IMG/VR virus record: IMGVR_UViG_3300027759_004598
Coordinates: 1-34,008 of that record
Length of the DNA stretch: 34,008 nt
Reading direction: 5' to 3' (one strand)
From: a virus
Taxonomy: Duplodnaviria > Caudoviricetes
Part shown: in pieces, positions 1-9,523 of the stretch
Position numbering within the stretch: the stretch's first letter is position 1
Layout of the letters: each line of letters begins with the position of its first letter
Position numbers and translations under genes: made by a program
Notes under the pieces: generated by a model
Told to the model about the DNA's origin: nothing
The model's database searches: none
The model's input: only the letters and a program-made list of their open reading frames with translations

Positions 1-423
1 TGGTACTAGTACATCTAGGCCACGCTGGGGGGTAGATGTATAGATTAGATTAATAACGTCGGTAGGTTTAACAATCTCTTCATGCGTGAAGGTATTAATT
101 GGTGTCTCAATTACCATCGAGTTATCGTCGTACGGTACACCAAGCAAGTCACGGAAACGATTATATTGCCAGTTACCACAGAATACTAGTTTATGAAAAC
201 GATTTCTGCTATTAAGATCCTTTAGGTGGTTACATTCTGGATCTTCAGGTAAGTCATGTAACCAATAGATGCGAATTTTTGACTCATCTATCTCTCTTAC
301 TCTAGAGCAAATAACTTGAAAGTTATCAATTAAGTCAGGAGACAGTCTACTGGCGAGTTCACGTTTTACTGACTCAGTTCCACCTTTACTGTTCTTACTA
401 ATTTCATTTTCTTCAAAAGACAT
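1..423 (-). CDS. Glycosyltransferase, GT4/GT-B-like (partial, runs off left edge)
   Basis: Hand-translated from ATG at 423: MSFEENEISKNSKGGTESVKREL...IYWLHDLPEDPE...INLIYTSTPQRGLDVLVP. GGTE, WLHD and YTSTPxRGL motifs are typical of phage GT4 enzymes; directly downstream of galE. Confidence 0.8.
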   Translation of the reverse strand, partial: MSFEENEISKNSKGGTESVKRELASRLSPDLIDNFQVICSRVREIDESKIRIYWLHDLPEDPECNHLKDLNSRNRFHKLVFCGNWQYNRFRDLLGVPYDDNSMVIETPINTFTHEEIVKPTDVINLIYTSTPQRGLDVLVP

Positions 424-1401
424 TTATTTCTCCACTGATTGTTGATAATGATCCCATGCTGTTTTAATTGAGTGCTTTAGATCGGTTTGATATTTAAATT
501 CTGCATCTTTGGCAAATGCACTACCATCTGCTACTAGGAATATAGGGTCACCTTTACGTTGTGGGCACTCTACAGCATTTATTTTTTTGCCCGTTACTTC
601 TTCAAACATATGGATTAGTTGTTTAACAGAAGTACCCTCAGATGTACCTAAGTTATACACTTTATATACATCAGACTTATTGTAATCGGTTGCTCGAATA
701 AATGCTTCACAGATATCCAATACATCAATAAAATCTCTTACACATGAACCATCTATGGTATTAAGATTTGTTCCGTACATTTCAAATTCTGAATTATTAA
801 AAGCAGCTTTACATAGTTTTTGTAATACGTGACCGGAGTCAAGATGATCTCCTACCTCACCGCAAGCACCTACAACATTAAAAAATCTGAATACTGTAGT
901 ATCGATGTGTGACAGTCTTGATATATCTTCTATAATAGCCTCAGCCATTAGTTTACTTCTACCGTAAGGGTGACCTGGGCCTAGTAAGTGATTTTCTCTG
1001 TATAGATCATTGCTCTGATAATATACTCCAGCTGATGAAGCAAATACCAGTTTACCTCTCCACTCAATTTCATTTAAGTTATTGATTAGATCAATTGTTT
1101 GACTAACATTGTTATGATAATAATGAGAAGGTCTTAGAAAACTGTCTGGAACGCTTGCTACTGCTCCTAGATGAAATACAAAATCAATATCATGAGTTTT
1201 AAAATTTTCTAAAATCTTTCTATCACCAGCACCATTAGTATACATGGCATCTACGTAAATATTATTAACATCCTTAACAACATCTACTCCAATAATAAAA
1301 CTATCATTAAAAGAGCTCTTAATATACTTACAAAGAATTTTTCCAATATAACCATTGCAACCGGTAATTAGTACATTAAAGGGTTTATTTTTTTTAATCA
1401 T
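424..1401 (-). CDS. galE: UDP-glucose 4-epimerase (NAD-dependent epimerase/dehydratase)
   Basis: TGxxGYIG Rossmann motif, HLGAVASV, SSAGVY, YGRSK (YxxxK), RFFNV, DGSCVRDFIDV. Confidence 0.88.
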   Translation of the reverse strand: MIKKNKPFNVLITGCNGYIGKILCKYIKSSFNDSFIIGVDVVKDVNNIYVDAMYTNGAGDRKILENFKTHDIDFVFHLGAVASVPDSFLRPSHYYHNNVSQTIDLINNLNEIEWRGKLVFASSAGVYYQSNDLYRENHLLGPGHPYGRSKLMAEAIIEDISRLSHIDTTVFRFFNVVGACGEVGDHLDSGHVLQKLCKAAFNNSEFEMYGTNLNTIDGSCVRDFIDVLDICEAFIRATDYNKSDVYKVYNLGTSEGTSVKQLIHMFEEVTGKKINAVECPQRKGDPIFLVADGSAFAKDAEFKYQTDLKHSIKTAWDHYQQSVEK

Positions 1402-1822
1402 TATTTCCTCTCGCAGAAGCTCCTGCTACTCTCTGTCTTAATTCAGTGGTACTGAATCCGTGATCTCTATTATTATATCGTATTTCTATTTTGCGATCCA
1501 CACAAACATTTTTACCGGTAAAGTTTCTACCAATATAATCGCTTCCAACAAAGCGAGTATCAATCTTTCTTGATGAAAGAATTTGTAGAATTTCTTGTTC
1601 GTAAACGTAAGGGATTATTTCATCAATATACTTGACGGACGCAAGTTGCACGTACCGTTCGTATAAAGATTGTATGGGCTTATTTTTTTCTTCTCGCTCC
1701 ATACTAGGATCGACCTGTAGACCTACTATCAAAAAATCACAGTATTGTTTGCAATCGGCAAACATAAGAACATGACCTGCATGACATAGATCAAAGGCAC
1801 CAAAAGTAATTCCAATATTCAT
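1394..1822 (-). CDS. Glycerol-3-phosphate cytidylyltransferase-like (TagD family)
   Basis: GAFDLCHAGH (HxGH), LIVGLQ, KNKPIQSLYER, VGSDY, RDHGFSTTELR (RxxxxSTT). Confidence 0.85.
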   Translation of the reverse strand: MNIGITFGAFDLCHAGHVLMFADCKQYCDFLIVGLQVDPSMEREEKNKPIQSLYERYVQLASVKYIDEIIPYVYEQEILQILSSRKIDTRFVGSDYIGRNFTGKNVCVDRKIEIRYNNRDHGFSTTELRQRVAGASARGNND

Positions 1823-2124
1823 AGTTCAAATTTAACAGATGTTATGCTATCTAGGCGGAATGATCTCCAACCATTATTATCTAGGTCCCAAACTGCTAAT
1901 GTTTCCATCGTTACATTTCTTTTATCTTCACTTTTACTGACGACTTTCTTCTCAGCTGGAATAAGTTCTTCCTTAAGTGTGCAATTCATTTTACGAGTTG
2001 TACCGTCCTTCTTAGTAAAGACTACTTCTATAGGTCCCATAACTAAATGTGACTTGAGCCAATTTCGACCTAACTCACTGTTGAAGGCGTGTTCTGGTGC
2101 TGCAACGCTGAATTCGTTTTCCAT
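1819..2124 (-). CDS. Conserved T4-like phage protein, WYL_2/Sm-like beta-barrel
   Basis: VFTKKDGTTRKMNCTL...VWDLDNNGWRSFRLDSI pattern recalled from this family. Confidence 0.7.
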   Translation of the reverse strand: MENEFSVAAPEHAFNSELGRNWLKSHLVMGPIEVVFTKKDGTTRKMNCTLKEELIPAEKKVVSKSEDKRNVTMETLAVWDLDNNGWRSFRLDSITSVKFEL

Positions 2125-2135
2125 TCTTTCCTCAC

Positions 2136-2162
2136 AAAAAAAGAGGGGCGCGCTGGCCCCTC
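2136..2162 (-). terminator. Rho-independent terminator
   Basis: Minus strand GAGGGGC-CAGCGC-GCCCCTC followed by T7, just after the 2186..2440 ORF. Confidence 0.85.
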
Positions 2163-2185
2163 GTTCTCACAAAACTACGATGTGA

Positions 2186-2440
2186 TTAAACCAAGCCGGC
2201 TGCAAGAGCACGATAACCTGCAGCAATTACTTTACGGCTAGGTGTTCCAAGACGGAACTTATTAGTCTCACGACCCTTGGTATCTACATGCTTGTTGCAG
2301 TAGATTGGAAGACCGTCTTCCAGACGAAGGTTAGAGATAACCTTAGTTGGTGATGCAATACCGTACTGGGCACGGATTTGCTTGCTGGTGAGCTCAGCAC
2401 CGTTAAAAAACGCTTTACGAAGTTTCTCTTTTTGGCTCAT
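2186..2440 (-). CDS. Small basic winged-helix-like DNA-binding protein
   Basis: LTSKQIRAQYGIASPTKVISNLR helix-turn-helix-like segment; own promoter, AAGGA RBS and terminator. Confidence 0.6.
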   Translation of the reverse strand: MSQKEKLRKAFFNGAELTSKQIRAQYGIASPTKVISNLRLEDGLPIYCNKHVDTKGRETNKFRLGTPSRKVIAAGYRALAAGLV

Positions 2441-2493
2441 TATGTTTCCTTTTCAGTTATAAAAAAATGCCATAAGCAAGTTACGACCAACAT

Positions 2494-2522
2494 ATTGTAA
2501 TATATTCATTGGCCAGAATCCA
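2494..2522 (-). promoter_or_regulatory. sigma70-type promoter
   Basis: TGGATT-N17-TACAAT upstream of 2186..2440. Confidence 0.55.
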
Positions 2523-2544
2523 CTCTAACCTGAACTGACATGTA

Positions 2545-2733
2545 CTAACTCTTTTTTGTTATAACGTAAGAATCTTTTGCAAGTTTTAAAACGCGATCAT
2601 TCTTAGCAACAACAAAATATTGTTTACCATCGATAGTATCTTCATTAATAATATCACATACAAAATGTTCTGTACTCAGAATATTTTTTAATGTAACATT
2701 ATGCATGCGTTTAAATTGCACTTGCTTTTTCAT
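2545..2733 (-). CDS. Hypothetical protein
   Basis: 62-aa ORF in operon context. Confidence 0.6.
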   Translation of the reverse strand: MKKQVQFKRMHNVTLKNILSTEHFVCDIINEDTIDGKQYFVVAKNDRVLKLAKDSYVITKKS

Positions 2734-2734
2734 T

Positions 2735-3286
2735 TTACTTTAAATTATAAGTTAGTCCAGCTTTAATGACATAGTAACTGTCAATTATGTCCGATACTGG
2801 GTTAGATATGGACTTGGATAATTGTAAATGCTTTCTAATATCAAATCCACTCTCAGCTATGAATGAAGCTTCTAAGACGTCTTTTTTAGAGTTTCCCTTA
2901 CCTGTCGCTACCTTCTTAACCACAGTAGGAGGTATAGTAGAATATGTGATGTTGTTTCTCCACAGGATATACTTAAGTATCCCGCAGTTTTCAGCTATGT
3001 TAAATACTCTCCCAGTGGATGCAAATGAATAATCTTCTATGAAGATGTGTTCAGGAGATTCGTGATATACAATATTTAAGATCCAGGTAGATATAAAGTT
3101 ATACCGCTTCATATCGTTACCTTCATGATCTTCAAATAGAGTACCTGTAAAGGGATGGGCTTGGCCAGCAAGCTTATTTACTTTAGTTAGATAATAAAAT
3201 TTACAACCGTTAAAGTTTAATTCGTCACCTTCAAAACTGCAGACAGCAGGGCTTGTTAACGATAGGTCAATGCCTAGTATCTTCAT
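2735..3286 (-). CDS. RuvC-like (RNase H fold) Holliday junction resolvase/nuclease
   Basis: Start at MKILGIDLSLTSPA; IFIEDYSF; PTVVKKVATGKGNSKK; DIIDSYY, matching the D, E, D, D catalytic layout. Confidence 0.7.
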   Translation of the reverse strand: MKILGIDLSLTSPAVCSFEGDELNFNGCKFYYLTKVNKLAGQAHPFTGTLFEDHEGNDMKRYNFISTWILNIVYHESPEHIFIEDYSFASTGRVFNIAENCGILKYILWRNNITYSTIPPTVVKKVATGKGNSKKDVLEASFIAESGFDIRKHLQLSKSISNPVSDIIDSYYVIKAGLTYNLK

Positions 3287-3437
3287 CTTCGTCCTCATCT
3301 TCATCATCTAAGTCTGGATCATCTACTATGTCTAGTTCTGATCCGCAATAAGGACAAAAAGCTACCGGTGCTTGTGTCTCGTAATAAGATTGTACTTTAA
3401 ATTCTTCATCACAATCAAAGCATTGAATGAAATGCAT
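3267..3437 (-). CDS. Zinc-ribbon protein with acidic tail (56 aa, not in ORF track)
   Basis: MHFIQCFDCDEEFKVQSYYETQAPVAFCPYCGSELDIVDDPDLDDEDEDEDEDTRH; two CxxC; ATG directly after the dCMP deaminase stop. Confidence 0.75.
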   Translation of the reverse strand: MHFIQCFDCDEEFKVQSYYETQAPVAFCPYCGSELDIVDDPDLDDEDEDEDEDTRH

Positions 3438-3917
3438 TTATTTCTCCTGTACTGTTTCTATACCGCATTTAGCTAGCAACTCTAGCCCCTCGGTACTTCT
3501 ATATTGCTCACCCCAGTATACTTTCTTTATACCAGAGCTTATAATTAATTTAGAGCACTCCACACACGGGGCGTGCGTAATGAACATAGTAGAGTCTTCA
3601 GCACTATTGGTAGAGCGAGCTAATTTAGCAATCGCGTTAGCCTCGGCATGAATAACTTCTGAGTTGGTTTTTAAATTATACGGATGCCCGCTATCTTCTT
3701 CTTGATATTCCCATTGACTATTATTAATAGACCATTCATTAGCATATACTTTATGTTCACAGTCATTATCCATGCCAGCTGGCATACCATTATAACCAAA
3801 CGCAATAACATTACTATCTTTAACAACTACTGCACCTACTTTCAGTCTTCTAGCATGAGAAAGGTTTCCCGTCTCTTTTGCTATATCCATGAAGAATTTA
3901 ACAAATTTAGGTTTCAT
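3438..3917 (-). CDS. cd: dCMP deaminase
   Basis: KVGAVVVK, GYNG, IHAEANAI, APCVEC Zn motifs; start trimmed to MKPKF. Confidence 0.9.
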   Translation of the reverse strand: MKPKFVKFFMDIAKETGNLSHARRLKVGAVVVKDSNVIAFGYNGMPAGMDNDCEHKVYANEWSINNSQWEYQEEDSGHPYNLKTNSEVIHAEANAIAKLARSTNSAEDSTMFITHAPCVECSKLIISSGIKKVYWGEQYRSTEGLELLAKCGIETVQEK

Positions 3918-3918
3918 A

Positions 3919-4905
3919 TTACGCCCAAATATCTTGCCAGTTACCTTTAAGTGCTCCCTTAGCATAGTCGGTAGCACGGTTCTCAAAGAAGTTAGTATGG
4001 GTGGGTGCATTAATCATTTCTTCTACCCAAGGTAATGGATTTCTTTTTACCTTATTAATACCTTTTAGTCCAAGACTAATTAGTCTCCTATCAGCAATAT
4101 ATCTAATGTACTGCTTAACTTCTGCACTAGTTAGACCTTCCATTTCGCCCATTGAGAAGGCTAGGTCGATAAACTTATCCTCTAACTGTACCATTTTTTC
4201 TGCAATGGTGTATATTCTAGACTTAAGATCATCATTCCATATCTCATTATTTTCTTCAATGTATGTTCTAAATAATCTGATCATAGATTCAGCATGCTGA
4301 GTCTCATCAACAATTGACCAGGTAATAATCTGACCCATACCCTTCATCTTTCCATGTCTAGGGAAGTTTAATAGCATAATAAAAGAGGAGAACAACTGCA
4401 TCCCTTCAGTGAATGCACTGAACACGGCGATGTGGGTTGCAGTGTTCTCTTTTGTTGAGTTCTGCGCAGACAAGTTCATGACATAATCATGTTTGTCTTT
4501 CATCTCTTGATATTCTAAGAACTCATTATAAGTTGCTTCAGGTAGACCTAGCGTTTCAATAAGATGAGAATAAGCAGCAATATGTAAGGCCTCTCTTGCA
4601 GCAAATCCCATCAACATCATCCTGATCTCAGGCTGAGGAAAATAAGGCAGGTAATTACGCACGTAACCCCCAGCCACATCAATGTCTCCTTGCGTAAAGA
4701 ATCTAAAAATATGCGTAAGAAATGTTTTTTCATTTTTGGTTAGCTTTTTCTTCCAGTCCTTGACATCTTCAATCATTGGTACTTCTGTATGCAGCCAATG
4801 TGATTGTTCGTGCTTTAACCAGGCATCATATGCCCAAGGATAGTTAAATGGTTTGAACGAGGTACGATCATCCGTCAGTTTTAGTTCTAATTTTTTGGCG
4901 CTCAA
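3919..4905 (-). CDS. nrdB: Class I ribonucleotide reductase beta subunit
   Basis: FFTQGDIDV, EALHIAAYS, EGMQLFSSF, DETQH di-metal ligands, NFFENRATDY tail. Confidence 0.96.
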   Translation of the reverse strand: MSAKKLELKLTDDRTSFKPFNYPWAYDAWLKHEQSHWLHTEVPMIEDVKDWKKKLTKNEKTFLTHIFRFFTQGDIDVAGGYVRNYLPYFPQPEIRMMLMGFAAREALHIAAYSHLIETLGLPEATYNEFLEYQEMKDKHDYVMNLSAQNSTKENTATHIAVFSAFTEGMQLFSSFIMLLNFPRHGKMKGMGQIITWSIVDETQHAESMIRLFRTYIEENNEIWNDDLKSRIYTIAEKMVQLEDKFIDLAFSMGEMEGLTSAEVKQYIRYIADRRLISLGLKGINKVKRNPLPWVEEMINAPTHTNFFENRATDYAKGALKGNWQDIWA

Positions 4906-4909
4906 TGTC

Positions 4910-5701
4910 TTATCCCTGTATCTGCTTGTTTACGTTACGTTGTACTTTATACTTGAAGTACGGCATATACACCGTCTTTGCAATATTGTACAATACTTTT
5001 TTTGTTAGAGTAAGTTTGGTCCCCTCTATTTGCTGCCTATACTCTTCAGCTTGTTTAATAAAGTGCTTAATATTATAGTTGTATTTAAAATTTTTAGTTA
5101 TACCGTTGGTATCATATGCATCACAAATAATATGATACCTATCTATTTTAGATGTATTTCGTATTTGATGCAAGTTGTTGACCCATAGCATGTAAGCTGA
5201 GCCGTCAGCTGGCATATGAAACTCACCATGCTCCGTCCAATGTATACACTCTTCATTAGTTATAATAGGTATGTGTATTCTTGCAAGGTACTGATCGGCG
5301 GGAGCGTCACGATGTATAATACTCTTAGAGTTAGCTTTTAGAACTGTCAACCTCATTCTACGTGGATAGAAGCCAAGCTCTGTTAGTTGATCAACAAGCT
5401 TACTGTAGGGGCCAACACAAGCCTGAGTCTTATTAACATGTTCAAAAGGTAGAGATAGGTTAAGAAACTTAGCTAGAGGGTAATTATAGGTGCCGTCTTT
5501 ATTTTGACATAACTCGTATCCCATTTGAAACCCATCTCTCCAATCCCCAGTCCTACTTTGTAAATTCCATCCACCGAAATTACTATAACCAAATTCTGAA
5601 CCTTGGAATACAGGAGGTCCAAGTTTTGTTATGTGGTTATGAAGACTGTTACTAAAAAGCTCAACATTTGCCTTGAAGGGCAATTTTTCCATAGCTTGCA
5701 T
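4910..5701 (-). CDS. 2OG-Fe(II) oxygenase, aspartyl/asparaginyl beta-hydroxylase-like
   Basis: RRMRLTVL..SIIHRD (HxD), RIHIPIITN, FHMPADGSAY, NNLHQIRN..DRYHII. Confidence 0.75.
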   Translation of the reverse strand: MQAMEKLPFKANVELFSNSLHNHITKLGPPVFQGSEFGYSNFGGWNLQSRTGDWRDGFQMGYELCQNKDGTYNYPLAKFLNLSLPFEHVNKTQACVGPYSKLVDQLTELGFYPRRMRLTVLKANSKSIIHRDAPADQYLARIHIPIITNEECIHWTEHGEFHMPADGSAYMLWVNNLHQIRNTSKIDRYHIICDAYDTNGITKNFKYNYNIKHFIKQAEEYRQQIEGTKLTLTKKVLYNIAKTVYMPYFKYKVQRNVNKQIQG

Positions 5702-5704
5702 TGA

Positions 5705-7504
5705 CTACCCCTCGCAGGCAAGACATACTTCATCTGATTGTGCGAGTTGTTTTAAGTCAATTTCTTCAATAACTTGACGTTCAATGCGTCTGGCTACTTT
5801 ATCAGCCTTTCCTATCTTTTCACTTCTGCAATAATAAAGAGTTTTCAATCCTTGTTTCCAAGCTTGAAAATGTACTGCGTGTAAGTACTTAATATTTACA
5901 TCAGGTCTAAAGAATAGGTTGAGTGACTGGGCTTGATCGATATACTCTTGCCTGTCTGCCGCATGCTGTACAAGCCATCGCTGGTCGATTTCCATAGATG
6001 TTTTAAACACATCTCTTTCCCAATCACCTAGCCATTCTAAATGTTGGACCGACCCGTCGTTGGCTATAATACTAGACCACACTTCATCAGCCCAACCCGC
6101 CGGATGAATCTCAGCATGTTTCTGTATGATTCTATCTAACCATTTATTTTTAGCTAACGAAGAGCCCGATAAAGTATCCTGCCTATAAGCATTGGCACGA
6201 AAAGGTTCAATAGAAGGACTAGTGTTGCCCATAATAATGGAAGAAGAAGCATTGGGAGCAATAGCCATAAGATGACTAAAGCGACGGCCAGTACCTTCTG
6301 CATCAGGGGCTTCGCCTCGTAAAGTACCCAGCTCCAGATTAGCTTCATCCAACTTACTCCTTATGTGATTAAATATTTGTTTATTACGTCCTACAGCCAG
6401 TGCCGATTCCCACGGTAAGCTATTTTTTTGCAAATAGGCGTGCCATCCAAGAGCGCCGATACCGATGCTTCTTTCACGCATGGCTGAGAATTTTGCACGT
6501 TGAATGGTGTCAGGCGCATTAGAAATAAAATACTGAAGAACATTATCAAGCATTTCTGCAATATCACGAAGGAAATTAGGATCTTTTCTCCATTCATCAT
6601 AGTACTCCAAATTAACAGATGACAGGCAACAAACAGCAGTACGAGTCTTATCTGTAGCTAAAGTAATTTCAGAACATAGATTAGACTGCTTAATAGATAG
6701 ACCAAGTTTCTTTTGAAAGTCTGGTAGTGCTTTATTAGATGCATCAATAAAATGAATGTAAGGTTCCCCTGTTTGCATTCTTAGTTCTAGGATACGTTGC
6801 CATAGTTCTTTAGCTGAAATAGTATCTCTTACTTGCTTGTCGTGAGGGTCAATCAACTCCCATGTATCATCAATGTCTGGATCAACCATAGCCTGTTCAA
6901 TAAGGTGCATGAACTTATCGGTAATATTAATTCCGTGATGTAAATTCAAGGCTCTCATATTAGGATCACCGGTAGGTTTTCTCATTTCTAAAAATATGAG
7001 TACATCGGGGTGACTAATATCCAAGTATGCAGCATATGAACCCCGGCGTGTACGACCTTGTCTATACGCAAGTGAGGATGCATCATAAGTGCGAAGGTGA
7101 GGCATAATTCCTGTAGACTTATCATCAGCTGAACGAATACCAATCCCGATCCCTATTCCGCCCCCTAGCATGGAAAGCCAATTTACTTCGGAAAGGGTTT
7201 CAACTAATCCTTCTGCAGAATCATCCAGAAAAGGCAAGAAACAAGAGATAGGGAGACCACGAGCGGATCGCCCAAATGAAAGTATAGGAGTAGAGTAGCT
7301 AAGCCAATGCTTAGAGCTATAGTCGTAGAGTCGCTGGGCGTGCTCGGGGTTTGTCGAGAAGGTTTTTGATACATATGCAAATCTTTCTTGAGGTGATTGT
7401 TCGTCATCCCTCATGTAACTTTCTTTTAGTCGTTTCAGGCCTAGTTCATCAAACAAATTATCGCGCGAAAAATCTACCCTGACACCGTGAACGACATCTT
7501 TCAT
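5705..7504 (-). CDS. nrdA: Class I ribonucleotide reductase alpha subunit (short, no ATP cone)
   Basis: STP, ISCF, QSNLCSEI, VCCLSS, APNASSS, DQAQSLN, KTLYY, C-terminal CLACEG. Confidence 0.96.
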   Translation of the reverse strand: MKDVVHGVRVDFSRDNLFDELGLKRLKESYMRDDEQSPQERFAYVSKTFSTNPEHAQRLYDYSSKHWLSYSTPILSFGRSARGLPISCFLPFLDDSAEGLVETLSEVNWLSMLGGGIGIGIGIRSADDKSTGIMPHLRTYDASSLAYRQGRTRRGSYAAYLDISHPDVLIFLEMRKPTGDPNMRALNLHHGINITDKFMHLIEQAMVDPDIDDTWELIDPHDKQVRDTISAKELWQRILELRMQTGEPYIHFIDASNKALPDFQKKLGLSIKQSNLCSEITLATDKTRTAVCCLSSVNLEYYDEWRKDPNFLRDIAEMLDNVLQYFISNAPDTIQRAKFSAMRERSIGIGALGWHAYLQKNSLPWESALAVGRNKQIFNHIRSKLDEANLELGTLRGEAPDAEGTGRRFSHLMAIAPNASSSIIMGNTSPSIEPFRANAYRQDTLSGSSLAKNKWLDRIIQKHAEIHPAGWADEVWSSIIANDGSVQHLEWLGDWERDVFKTSMEIDQRWLVQHAADRQEYIDQAQSLNLFFRPDVNIKYLHAVHFQAWKQGLKTLYYCRSEKIGKADKVARRIERQVIEEIDLKQLAQSDEVCLACEG

Positions 7505-7522
7505 ACTTACTCCTGGTTATTA

Positions 7523-8302
7523 TTATTTTTGAACGAACTCTCGTACTAAAGGAAATACTTTGGATATGACTTCAGCGCATGCTTTAGCAATTTCACAATG
7601 CTCTTTTTGGGTTCCGTTTGCGGAACGTAGTTGTATATAGTGTATCCAAGACCTCATTGTCCCATTGACGTACAAGCGACTAGTTGTGTTTCCTTCCGGT
7701 AAAACGCACCTGGCTTGCTCCTTGGCAATACCCTTTTCTACTGCCCATGTGTAGGCATTTTTTGCCTCATCTATTACTCGTTTTTGCATCATTTCCCATT
7801 GGTAAGCTAAGACCCTGTGCTCATCATTACCGCTTGAATCTATCTCTATACTAGCTTGTCTATTTTTTGTGTCCTGTAACCGGCATTCTCTAAGTACAAA
7901 ATCGAGCTCTTGAGTAGGGTCAGCATATCGTTGGCTGAACTCTTGGAAGGAGAAGGAGCGGTGTCGGAGTAGTTGTCTGGCAATGTCTCTTGTGGTGGTA
8001 ATTTCGAGGCACATTGAGACCATTTCCAATGGGGACCAATGTTGGTGCTGTATAAGGTATCGGATGAGTCGTTCCGAGGTTTCCTTATTGGATTGATTGG
8101 TTGGATTGGAGACACGGGCACAGAATGCGATGAGTTCGGCCATGTTCTCGACAAAGTATACGTCTGGTTGGGAGTAAGAGATAATTTGTACATTAAAGTC
8201 CTTCACCAATGCATCCTCGGTTGTTAGTTGATCGTAGTACTCATTTTTAAGCCATGCAGCTGCTTGCTTATCACCTTCAGTCATTATATTCATATTCTTC
8301 AT
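7523..8302 (-). CDS. thyX: Flavin-dependent thymidylate synthase (start may be ATG 8284)
   Basis: HWSPLE, RQLLRHRSFSFQEFSQRY (RHRX7S), EQARCVLP, TQKEH. Confidence 0.95.
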   Translation of the reverse strand: MKNMNIMTEGDKQAAAWLKNEYYDQLTTEDALVKDFNVQIISYSQPDVYFVENMAELIAFCARVSNPTNQSNKETSERLIRYLIQHQHWSPLEMVSMCLEITTTRDIARQLLRHRSFSFQEFSQRYADPTQELDFVLRECRLQDTKNRQASIEIDSSGNDEHRVLAYQWEMMQKRVIDEAKNAYTWAVEKGIAKEQARCVLPEGNTTSRLYVNGTMRSWIHYIQLRSANGTQKEHCEIAKACAEVISKVFPLVREFVQK

Positions 8303-8459
8303 TCTTGATATTTGATATATTTTTTTCTAAGCGTTTAATTTCCAATACTGAATCAGCTTTACCTCTAATGAAGTCTGCTACGTCATCAATACTTTTGAAA
8401 AATTTAAACACCATGAATTTATCTAACAAATAGCATACTTTATACAACGGGGTTTCCAT
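8277..8459 (-). CDS. Hypothetical protein
   Basis: ORF coupled to the primase stop; start METPL. Confidence 0.55.
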   Translation of the reverse strand: METPLYKVCYLLDKFMVFKFFKSIDDVADFIRGKADSVLEIKRLEKNISNIKNEEYEYND

Positions 8460-9457
8460 TATTTTCTCCATGCGGTTAGTCTAAGCTTTGCCTCTAGACC
8501 TTTAAATGAGTTCTCGGCAATTACTTTCTTAACATCAATACCTTCTAGCACCATATCATTAATATCTTTCAGCTGAACAGATTGAGGCCATATAACAACA
8601 TTATAGCCTTTCTCAATCATATACTCCACCTTCTTAACAATCTCTTTATTTCTCGGTTCATTATCATAGCATACAGTTACATTTTTATTATCACCTAACA
8701 CCTTGGTTAAATCTAAGTCTGACCCAGCCATGGCTAAACAATTATCTAAGAACAAAGAATCTATAGGACCTTCGGTCACGTAAACGTGTTTGCTTAGGTC
8801 TATAGTATCTAATCCAAATACTTTTGGAGCATCTGGATTGACCATTATAGTAATATATCTTAACCCGTCTTTACGGAATGATCTACCTTGAAACCCATAC
8901 ATCTTTTCTTCTTTATCTAAGAAAGGTATAATGAGTCTTGGTTCGTCATCCTCTGTATTAAACTTCTCCGGAATTATTGTATTAACCCAGCTTTTAAATT
9001 TAGGGCAATAGAATAACTTATAGTGTGTCTTAGGGGGTATTTTTCTTTTGTCTACGTACTTCTTAGCCGGATGATCCCACTTCAATTGACTGATTTTTTT
9101 CAATTGAGATAAGGGGGATTCAATGCGGTATAGAGGAGTATGTATCTTGGTGATGTCCACTTGAGATACCGGGGTCTCTCTGGTCTTCTCCAGGAAATTC
9201 TCTTGTACGTACTCCTTATAGAGACCTTGATCAAGATACTTAATAAAGTTACCTAACTGCATCGATGCATGGCAGTTATGGCAATAAAATATGATCTTGT
9301 CTTGCTTCTCGAGCAAGTAGCCACGCGTCTTGTATTTGTTCTTTTGGGAGTCACCGCAGATAGGACATCTGAAGGTGTACGCTTTTGGATTCTTACGGGA
9401 GAACCGTTCCAATCGCGAAGACAATAACCCCACATACTTATGATCAATAAAAAGCAT
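8459..9457 (-). CDS. 61: T4 gp61-like DNA primase
   Basis: FRCPICGDS...YCHNC Zn ribbon, FQGR, TEGPIDS and YDNE TOPRIM motifs, KDINDM; start MLFID. Confidence 0.93.
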   Translation of the reverse strand: MLFIDHKYVGLLSSRLERFSRKNPKAYTFRCPICGDSQKNKYKTRGYLLEKQDKIIFYCHNCHASMQLGNFIKYLDQGLYKEYVQENFLEKTRETPVSQVDITKIHTPLYRIESPLSQLKKISQLKWDHPAKKYVDKRKIPPKTHYKLFYCPKFKSWVNTIIPEKFNTEDDEPRLIIPFLDKEEKMYGFQGRSFRKDGLRYITIMVNPDAPKVFGLDTIDLSKHVYVTEGPIDSLFLDNCLAMAGSDLDLTKVLGDNKNVTVCYDNEPRNKEIVKKVEYMIEKGYNVVIWPQSVQLKDINDMVLEGIDVKKVIAENSFKGLEAKLRLTAWRK

Positions 9458-9485
9458 TATATTATTCCATGAACCCGACAATACG

Positions 9486-9514
9486 ATTATATATTAGTCG
9501 GGTCTGGAAATCAA
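9486..9514 (-). promoter_or_regulatory. sigma70-type promoter for primase/thyX/nrd operon
   Basis: TTGATT-N17-TATAAT. Confidence 0.75.
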
Positions 9515-9523
9515 CTGGACATG

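Noticed and set aside
3919-8302. Intron, intein or homing endonuclease in nrdA/nrdB/thyX
   Set aside because: All three ORFs are continuous; the inter-nrd gene has oxygenase motifs, not HNH/GIY-YIG motifs
6154-9447. Alternate-frame minus ORFs inside nrdA, thyX and primase
   Set aside because: Nested in conserved enzymes with no signal such as the lipobox that supports the embedded o-spanin
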